Positions 38,432-47,209 of a DNA stretch of 64,000 bases are shown here, piece by piece. The notes under the pieces were generated by a model. It saw only the letters and a program-made list of their open reading frames with translations. It did no database searches and was not told where the DNA came from. Source of the DNA: Chlorokybus atmophyticus (taxonomy: Eukaryota > Plantae > Mesostigma and Chlorokybus algae); the NCBI GenBank assembly GCA_009103225.1, contig RHPI01002503.1, positions 1,125,076-1,189,075 on the forward strand, in the 5' to 3' direction. A program made the translations under genes and the position numbers. Numbering within the stretch: position 1 is the stretch's first letter; each line of letters begins with the position of its first letter.

Positions 38432-39171
38432 ATGATGTCGGCGGCAGCAGTTGAATCACCCTCACCTAGGAGACCATGCTTGGTGTGCCCACAATGCAAT
38501 GCGTACGTATGTGCCAATGGCCGTAGGCAGCAAATGCGAGCACACTTGACCGAATGCCAGCGAGTGCAGACAGTGTGCCACGGTTTTAGTGCTGCTTGCT
38601 GGCATCACACCACACACAATGTCGACGTGTTTGGCTGCCGCCTCGGCCAAGTGCTGTGCAAGGAACCCGAGTTTTTCCATTGCGTGCAGTGCGTGTGCGA
38701 ATCGTGCTCGCGCTCATGCTTCGAGTGGCGAGGGGAACCCATGCGCTTCTTCACATGGACAACACCGGGACATGTGGTTAGTGGACAGGTGGTGGATGCT
38801 GTGGAGGTAATCCACAAGAGTGGACCGCGACGTATCACTGCATGTTATGTTGGGCGTATGCTTATTTCATGCATGTTGAAGCTGTTGTCGCATTCAGAGC
38901 AGTCTTGCACGGTGTGGGCGTGGGCAGTTCCATCCCCTGGCTGCTGTAGAGGAGGCAAACCATCGACCGTTGGACAGCGCACTGCATCGGCTGCGGAACG
39001 CAGTTGAGTTGGGATGCGAGCAGCTGATCGGTGTGAGTGTCATGGTGCATTGGCCGCTGAATGGGGAATGGTATGCGGGCGTTGTGGAATCATTCAAGCA
39101 AGCGTCAGGTCAGCATCGCTTTGTGGCGTGCGAGATTGAGGACGCATCATATATGCATGGTGCAATGGAAA
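38432..39171 (+). CDS. Transposon gene C: C2HC finger, Cys/His-rich cluster and Tudor-like domain; 3' end lost in the gap
   Basis: CLVCPQCNAYVCANGRRQQMRAHLTEC and CKEPEFFHCVQCVCESCSRSC. Intron 38807-38897 is in phase with LIGVSVMVHWPLNGEWYAGVVESFKQASGQHR, a Tudor-like (PDS5/MSH6-type) pattern. Confidence 0.65.
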
Positions 39172-39949
39172 NNNNNNNNNNNNNNNNNNNNNNNNNNNNN
39201 NNNNNNNNNNNNNNNNNNNNNNNNNNNNNNNNNNNNNNNNNNNNNNNNNNNNNNNNNNNNNNNNNNNNNNNNNNNNNNNNNNNNNNNNNNNNNNNNNNNN
39301 NNNNNNNNNNNNNNNNNNNNNNNNNNNNNNNNNNNNNNNNNNNNNNNNNNNNNNNNNNNNNNNNNNNNNNNNNNNNNNNNNNNNNNNNNNNNNNNNNNNN
39401 NNNNNNNNNNNNNNNNNNNNNNNNNNNNNNNNNNNNNNNNNNNNNNNNNNNNNNNNNNNNNNNNNNNNNNNNNNNNNNNNNNNNNNNNNNNNNNNNNNNN
39501 NNNNNNNNNNNNNNNNNNNNNNNNNNNNNNNNNNNNNNNNNNNNNNNNNNNNNNNNNNNNNNNNNNNNNNNNNNNNNNNNNNNNNNNNNNNNNNNNNNNN
39601 NNNNNNNNNNNNNNNNNNNNNNNNNNNNNNNNNNNNNNNNNNNNNNNNNNNNNNNNNNNNNNNNNNNNNNNNNNNNNNNNNNNNNNNNNNNNNNNNNNNN
39701 NNNNNNNNNNNNNNNNNNNNNNNNNNNNNNNNNNNNNNNNNNNNNNNNNNNNNNNNNNNNNNNNNNNNNNNNNNNNNNNNNNNNNNNNNNNNNNNNNNNN
39801 NNNNNNNNNNNNNNNNNNNNNNNNNNNNNNNNNNNNNNNNNNNNNNNNNNNNNNNNNNNNNNNNNNNNNNNNNNNNNNNNNNNNNNNNNNNNNNNNNNNN
39901 NNNNNNNNNNNNNNNNNNNNNNNNNNNNNNNNNNNNNNNNNNNNNNNNN
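39172..39949. other. Assembly gap (778 N) inside the transposon
   Basis: Run of N between the 3' ends of gene C and the transposase. Confidence 1.
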
Positions 39950-42900
39950 AGAGTAGTGAGACAAGTACATGTGTCACGTGGAAGTGCAGTGAACGTTCAC
40001 CCAATACAAGAGGGCGGCTGATAGCGCCCTCTTGTACACGGGCGCTATCCTTGTCAAACATGGGGAGCAGCTGGACAATGCCTTTTACTTGCTCCAGAGT
40101 CACGACATCGAGATGTGGACCGCCTCGACGCTTTTCCCATTCCAGAGCGATGCACTTTGTGTCGCTCGTCACATCCAGCTTCGTGTACCAGCGGACAAAC
40201 ACGACCTCCTTCCACACGCGCTCGCCGCTACCACCCCACACCACCACGCGCAAAAAAAGGAGTGCCTGAGCCCACCACGTCACGTTCATACCGTCCTCAT
40301 CACCTTCCAACTCAAGTGTAGAGAACCAAGGCCGCCCATAGAACATCCCAGTTGCGCGCGCCATGCTGACTCCTGATGTCATGTACACCGCTGCGCCTCC
40401 GTTCACCACGCGAACAGCACGCCACCCGTCGGCCAACTCCAGTTGTTCCCTCGTCAACCAGCTGTCCAGGGTGGCAGGCAGCTTGTCGGCAAATGGAGTC
40501 TTCAAGGCGACTTGGCGGCTACGCGCAGATCCGCTCCAGTACGGGCTGGACTCCCTCCTTGTCAGCACATCCATCCGTAGCAACTTGTCCGTCTTCTCCA
40601 TGACATTACAGCACTGCTGCCGCGCCTGCGCCATGACCGAGCGCATCTCGGGATCCACGACCATGCCATCCTCTCTCACATATTCCGCACAGCTCCATGC
40701 CTTCAGGATACGTGCCTGGTAGTCCCGGTTGTTGCCACCACGCGCCCACCGTTTGATATTTTGGGCGTGCGTCTGCTCCATGCGGTTGGCGCTGAACCAA
40801 TCTGGGTGTCCACTGCTGACAATTGCCGGCCCAAAATGAGTGAGCTGATGCATCTTCTCGATCTTCCAACCTGACTTCTGTGCAGAATATGACGACAGTA
40901 GCGGATGCAACACTGCAGCTTTGAAGGCAGCCAGCTCGTTGTCGGCTGTGGTCAGGGTCTCTCTTGTGTGTTCATGCGCCTTCAGCAACTTCTTGTTCCA
41001 CTGGGCAAGCGATGCGGCAGCAATGGTGAAGAAATCGTTGCCCTTACTGTCGAGCAGCAAACCGTCTGCGAGGACCGGCAGCAACTGCAGCACCGCCACT
41101 TTCTCCACCACCTGAAAGGAGTGGTTGGACAGGAAGAAATCTACTGTGCTTGTGGGTGCCTTGAAGTGCGAAACCCGCAGAGTCGCCTTGCATGCATTCA
41201 GCCTGTGCACATCTGCTCGTGAGCACGTGTTGTTGGCTTTTGTGTTCAACACAAAAGCAACACCAAAGACGTGCCTGGCCTGCAGAATCTGTCTCGTGGA
41301 TGGACGCATTCGTTCCTTCGCGGCGTCGTACACAGCAGCAAGCAGGTGGTCAATGATGCCTCCCAGCACATGCATTGCGTCAGGGGCAAGACGAGAGTAG
41401 CAGTCAGCTCCCGGCACCCGCGACTGTCGCCAACCCCACAGTGCATTCTGTTGCCAAACCACATTGCCTGGTTTCACGGAAAGCCATTCATCCTCACGAG
41501 TGCCGGTAATTTGACCATTACCTCCTCGACATGCATGGAGTGCTGCTCTTTGAAAGCCTTGGCTGTCTGGCGTGCATTCATAACACCGCTATGCAGGTCC
41601 GCCCCCAGCTGACGTATTGCTGGTGTGTAGAAGGCCTCGGTTCTCAATTTCCGGTCCTCATCCATCTCCAACAGATCTGATTTGGTGACGAGACAAACAT
41701 CGCAAGGATGTCGTGTTTGGTTGCCCGACACAGTGCGTGCGAGTGTGGCAGTCTCCTACAACACGACAAACTCAGATGTTCTACTGACAACATCCTCCAT
41801 GCACTGTTTGCTGGCAGGCTGCATCCGGTTACAACCATTCATGCCCACTACCTGCAAATCGCTGATGTAGTTGGCAAGCGCGAGAAACACACGACGCTCG
41901 ATGCCATTCGGGTCGATGAGCTGCAGACCTTCCCAACTCGCCCGCTTCACATCCCCTAGCACTACATTCAAAGCGTCATGAAAAATCTCACAATTCCAAA
42001 TGGAGAACGATTCCTTGCCCTGCGCCCAGGTGGGATGCCCGGCCACTGCGTGAACCACCGGCAGAAGCGCTATCATAACAACCCCCATGTTGCTAGCATA
42101 CATGTCCCAACTGTAGTTGGCAAGCGATGCCATCAGAGGGTAGCCAGAGCGCTTGCCCGCGCTGTCCAGCGTGGTCTTGTCACTGTACAGAATGGCAGGC
42201 GCCAAGTAGGACGCTTCCCCCACCTCTCTCCTCAAATCCACCTCCACATCCTTCCACCAATCGCCCGTGGAAGGATGGCCAAAGCTGTGCTCGTCACCAG
42301 TGTACTGGAGATTGAAGCCATTGGCGGCATGTGGATTGCCATACAACCGCGCGAGCCATACCTGCTCCGACCAAGAGCATTACTTACTATGCTGGCCTCA
42401 GAATAGATACTGCATCGATACTGCATTAGGTACTGCATTTCACAGACCTTGGCCGGCATATATGTGACGCAGATGTCCTGATCCTCAGGGTCTCCAGGCT
42501 TGCGCAGGTCAGCCGTCACGTAGTTCTGATACGGCAGCACACTCGCATGTGCATATGTGACATGGCTCTGATGGTTGAAGCACATGCACCGCACACCGTG
42601 AACACACCTCAGACTGAGAGAAAGCAATCGTGGTCCGGAGGTAGCTGGCCGCATGCACACCGGTCTCCCACTGGAGCTCTTCCGTCAGGAAATGTGCATT
42701 TCGGATGCACTTGATGATCCGCCCCATGTCGGAGGCCGACAAGCCTTGGCCGTTGTTGCACTGCACGAATGCCACACGCAAGAGCATGCTCCGAGCCATA
42801 CCACCTAAATTCCGACGCGTGCGAAGGGACGCCTCCATTTCCATGTTGGCGTGCCACAGGTTTCTCAGGCACACGCACACATCGAAAGCCCTCGTTCACT

Positions 42901-43140
42901 TCCTCCTCCTCCAGTTGCTGCTGTGCGTGTGTCTCCTGGAGGAATCCTTCAGCATCAAGCATGTGAGCATCCTGGATCGAACTCCCCGGTTCAACATGAC
43001 CCGCATCGTACTGTAATGGACGCTGGCCGACATACAGCTTGATCTGCTTGCACACCCTGCTGCTGATAATGTGCATGTAGACCGAGCTGCGTGTGGCGAA
43101 GCGCATGCGGCAATACGGACAAAGGACTCCCGTATCTCAC
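39950..43140 (-). CDS. Plavaka-family (CMC/CACTA-Mirage-related) transposase; intron-containing, apparent +1 frameshift near 42885
   Basis: N-terminal CPYC...H...C finger. Core motifs FGHPSTGDWW, ILYSDKTTLDSAGKRSGYPL, IFHDALNVVL, GIERRVFLALANYISDLQ|E, HPCDVC, PDAMHVL and KMHQLTHFGPAI..GHPDWFSANRMEQTH. C-terminal WWAQALLFLRV...VFVRWY segment. The exact start codon is unresolved. Confidence 0.88.
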
Positions 43141-43296
43141 TACTGACGTCGACACAGGTGTCGCCAATGTAACCTGCATCATATCCAGCAACACGCACAC
43201 CCGCCGCCGCCGCCGCCGCCGCCACCGCCACCGCCACCGCTACCGCTACCGCTACCTGCCAGAGGCGGGAAACTTGGCCGCCAGTCACTGGCTCCG

Positions 43297-43490
43297 TCGT
43301 ACCATTATAATGGTACGATCGAGCCATTGCACGTCCAGGGTGAGTCTCTGGATATATATTTATATATATATATATTCTGATTGAACCGTTTCAATGGTAC
43401 GAAGATGCCTTTGCCAAAAGGTCTAGGCATTGTACAAAGGTACCATTGAACTGGTACCTTTGTACAATGGCAATGGCAGTTCGTACCATC
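43297..43490. promoter_or_regulatory. GTAC cluster with a perfect 22-bp palindrome between the divergent transposase and gene D
   Basis: TCGTACCATTATAATGGTACGA (43297-43318) is a perfect palindrome; eight GTAC cores occur in about 190 bp. Confidence 0.55.
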
Positions 43491-43650
43491 GACAACTCTG
43501 GCAATGTCAGTCCCCCTGCGCATGAAAACACCATTGATAGCTCCGCCAAGCTATGCCCTTACAGGGGCGTGATGCCGAGGGTATGTGGCGTTTGGAAGAT
43601 CGTTGGCGGCGCTGCCAGGGGCGTAGTGGGCATTGTGGTCGAGGTCCGGG

Positions 43651-44506
43651 ATGAATTCCATGTTCGCACAGGGCGGGCAGGGTGCCGGAGGGGTGTCCTC
43701 GGTGTCAAACCCCACCAAGACTACCAAGGGCACATCCAATGACAACAGTGACTCGGGCGATATCTTACAGGGCTCCCCCTCCGAGTGGGCAAAGGCACAC
43801 CACAATACTGCCTCTAAGAAAATCCGACCCAACAGCAGCTGCGACCACGGCGACATGATTAAAGGGACCAAACAAGACTGGCATAACCAAGGTGGGCTAC
43901 GATGCACTGTCAATGCCACATGCTAGGGTTCTTTTATCTTGCACATGCACAGCCTCAAGTATCTTGCACTTGACATACATTGTCAATACGACATGCACAC
44001 CCTCATGCACAACCTCCAGTGTCATGCACATGAACAGCATGACCAATCTCGCAAATGCACAGCCTATTTCTACTTGCGGGAGCTCACAAGTCGCAAAAGA
44101 GAAGCTGCGGAGTCAAACGAACGGGTAATCTATGACCTAGTTTAATGTTTCCAGAGGTAATTAAGCAGTATGCTTGCGGATTGCCATGTTGGTAAGAGTG
44201 AACCAAGAGCAGCGCGGCAGGCTGACTGTCTGCCTGGCGGAGTGCAACAAAGCGGAAGACGAGGTAAGCGTGTGTATGCTGATGGGCTAGTCCTCTGGCA
44301 GCACGCCACTCTTACAGCATTACCAAATGCAGGTGGTCACTCTCAAAGCGACCATCAAGCGCATGCGCGTGCACGGCGAGGCGCTGACATTCAAGCTGAA
44401 GGACGAAGTAGCCGCTGTAATGTCAGCGAGCGAGGCAGCGGATGAAGATGACTCCGGCGTTGAAGCAGAAGACTCGTCGGAGGAGGAACAGGAGGAGGGG
44501 GTTTGA
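43651..44506 (+). CDS. Transposon gene D: small multi-exon orphan with a helical middle and a strongly acidic tail
   Basis: Exons MNSMFAQGG...DWHNQ, ...VNQEQRGRLTVCLAECNKAEDE|gtaagc and cag|VVTLKATIKRMR...EDDSGVEAEDSSEEEQEEGV*. The middle junction phase is not fully resolved. Confidence 0.45.
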
Positions 44507-45124
44507 GGAGGAGTTCTGAGGCAGGCACCACGGGTTGACAAGCTGCGCATGAGTCCGACAGCTAGACTCAATGTTATAGGGTAGTTTCATGCGCAAGTCG
44601 GCTGCTCAGTTGTAAGTGGACATACTCTCACCACTGCCCGTACATTGTATATATTGTGGGCTTTTAGGTGCAAGACCAAACAATCAGTCCAAGGTTTGTA
44701 CAAGCTGCATGGCATGTTAGTGTTGGCTTCGGCAAGAATTGCCAACTTATGTCAAATGGCAAGGGTCACATATTAACAGCAGTGTAACGGCAAAGAAACT
44801 GCCGGCTATTGCTGTCAGCTGTCCGTAACTACCGATCAACGGCCGTCTGTGCACATCGACCAAAGGGTAACTGGTTGACAACTCTCGGCCGGTTAGTGCC
44901 ACTGACAACCACTTTCGGCCCGCGGCCGTCTGCGTCAGTCCACTTAAGCCAATGGCAAACCCAACAGTCCAAAAGTAATATTTTAGGCAGCAACAGGCAG
45001 GCTCAGGCAGGCTCAGGCACCAGTCAGTCCCTCAGTCCTTAGTCAGTCACCGTGTAAAATTTGCGACGCAAAGCATACAACATCGAGACTCATCAAAATC
45101 CGCGGCTACCTCACACTCGGGTTC

Positions 45125-45608
45125 TGTCACGAATTGGGATAAATTGTGACAGACCTCACTCATGGTAGTGTCTTTTACTAATATAGCACAATGGTCGGGC
45201 CCCAATTGTTTCAATGGTAACGGAGCTTGACATCTCAGGTTTAATTCTCGTAGGGGACTGAGGCAGATTCACGGCAAAAACATTTAGGGCGGCTTGCCTT
45301 AGGCTGGGCGCGGGATCACGACCTGCGCGCCAAGCCAGTTCAACTCAAGGCCGCGTGAGCGGTCGCGCGGTGAGGATGGCCGTTCGGTCGGTCAGGATCG
45401 TTCGTGGGCCGGATCCAACAGGCTGCGGGCAGACCGATCGTGGTATGGCCGCGAACACGGCGATGTGAGCTAGTGCCTCATTGGATTATGAGGAACTCAT
45501 GGGTTAAATTGGGGAGGAATATCATGAATTGGGATAAATTGTGACAGACCTCACTCATGGTAGTGTCTTTTACTACTATAGCCTAGTGGTCGGGCCCCAA
45601 TGGTTACA
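45125..45608. mobile_element. Solo LTR (484 bp) with a perfect 5-bp TSD
   Basis: GGTTC|TGTCAC...GTTACA|GGTTC; internal direct repeat of about 80 bp at 45131 and 45526. Confidence 0.82.
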
Positions 45609-45682
45609 GGTTCACTCGTTAATTAAACCAAAACCTCTAACACTACACTCCCTCCCCGTCAGTTAGTCATGCATGCCTACGT

Positions 45683-46528
45683 TGTAAGGGGGGAGTACCC
45701 CTCCTCCTCCTAATCCCCTATGCAACAAACCACTAGGCCACAAAAGCATGAAGTGTGTTTTGTGGCCATTGTGGCGTTATAATTTAGTTTGTCCGTGACA
45801 TTCCCCCCCACTTAGGTATCCAATGTCCTCATCAGATGTCAGTTTTTACAGGGCTTCTCGTTACTGAGCAGTGGAAGCGATTTTTGCAAATATCACTGAG
45901 CAGTCGCAGCGCGCATTGCGCCGTTGAGTGACCGACTGTCGGTCGCCGTCAGGCAAGTCGCGCGGTACTATCCAGCGGCGGCTCCAGGTACACGCGACGC
46001 GTCAGAATGTCCGACTGCCGTCCGGCAAGTCGCGCATTGACGCGCGACCCATCATGGATCAATAACAACAACCTCAAAAATCCTTCTTAATCTACCGCCT
46101 AGGCGGTTTCGACCTCAGGACGTTTTCGGTCTCAAGCTCCGATGACCAATGTAACAAACCACTAGGCCACAAAAGCACGAAGTGTGCTTTGTGGCCATTG
46201 TGGCGTCAGCATTTGGTCGTCCGTGGCACCCTACCCCAACACCACCACTGGCCACGTCGACGCCACCGCCGCTGCCGTGGCAGCTGCCAGCGCAAAAGAT
46301 GCTCTGGCTCTGGCGGTCGCTGCGTTAGCAGCGCCGCCATGCGGCTGATATCGGCATGAGACTCATGTCTCATGCCGATATTAGTGTTAGTTATTTTAAC
46401 ACTTCATTAGGGCATTAACACTAGGTTAATAGCCCTAATATGGCTTAATTAGTTGTATAATCCCGTTGAGACCTCATTTAATCCTGAATAAGGGCGGGGA
46501 ACCTCTACGGAGGTAGCACCCCGTTACA
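45683..46528. mobile_element. Solo LTR (846 bp) with a near-perfect 5-bp TSD
   Basis: TACGT|TGTAAGGGG...CCCCGTTACA|CACGT; internal direct repeat of about 85 bp at 45721 and 46150, each containing a GGCCACAAA...TTTGTGGCC hairpin. Confidence 0.7.
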
Positions 46529-47209
46529 CACGTAGCAGCGCATGTGTCGGTTGGTAACATAATGGACGACATTTGAAGAGTGTCACAAGTGGTGACTTAC
46601 AGTGGTGAGTCACCACACGCATTGCTGAAAATTATGTACATGCTCCATTTTAAACTATTAGTCGCAATGCGACGCGTCATTTGCATGGTGTGGATCCAAT
46701 AAGATACTTCATTGAGATGTGTAGCTTTATGAAAATCCACCACAATCTTCATCGCCTCATCTCATTCTCGTTCAACACAAGCGCATAATTGACAATGCAT
46801 ATAACCTATAAACGCACACTAATACTCAATGTTCTCAACATTATGTCCACATAGCATATTCTGGTCAAACAAACACAATCTCGCCATAAAAGCTACATCC
46901 TACATATGTCCATATCTACCATATGGACAGATGTAGGACAAGCGTGAGGTGGTTCAAGCCAAATGTACCCCATAGCTTCAAATTGCCGCGATATCATGCG
47001 TTCTGGAAGTGAGCATGACATCTGCAATGCATGCCAGCTGACAACACACAACACCTTGCAAGAACACCAGCAGTGGTGAGGGTGGCCAACTGCCCAAAAA
47101 ACTGTGTCGAAGCAACAGCTACAGATCAGCTGCTAACAGGGCGACTCATGTCGCAGTGTACAAGGCATGCTGCTTTGTATACTCAGCACACGCATACATG
47201 TGTGTGTGC

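Larger units (their letters stand above)
30857..45068. mobile_element. Plavaka/CMC-type DNA transposon, 14,212 bp including a 778-N gap, carrying five genes
   Basis: Left end ca|CGTCGCAATATG at 30857 and right end AAAATTTGCGACG|ca at 45068: 8-bp perfect terminal inverted repeat and 2-bp CA TSD. Both ends are shared with the 15135-16599 element. A Plavaka-like transposase lies inside. Confidence 0.85.

Noticed and set aside
28337-41477. Long ORFs spanning N runs (28337-29580; 38970-40269; the X-filled part of 39147-41477)
   Set aside because: Their length comes from untranslatable gap sequence. Only the non-N parts assigned to gene C and the transposase are supported.
45125-45546. Alternative solo-LTR boundary TGTCAC...GTGACA
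   Set aside because: The flanks do not form a TSD, whereas extension to 45608 gives a perfect GGTTC duplication.
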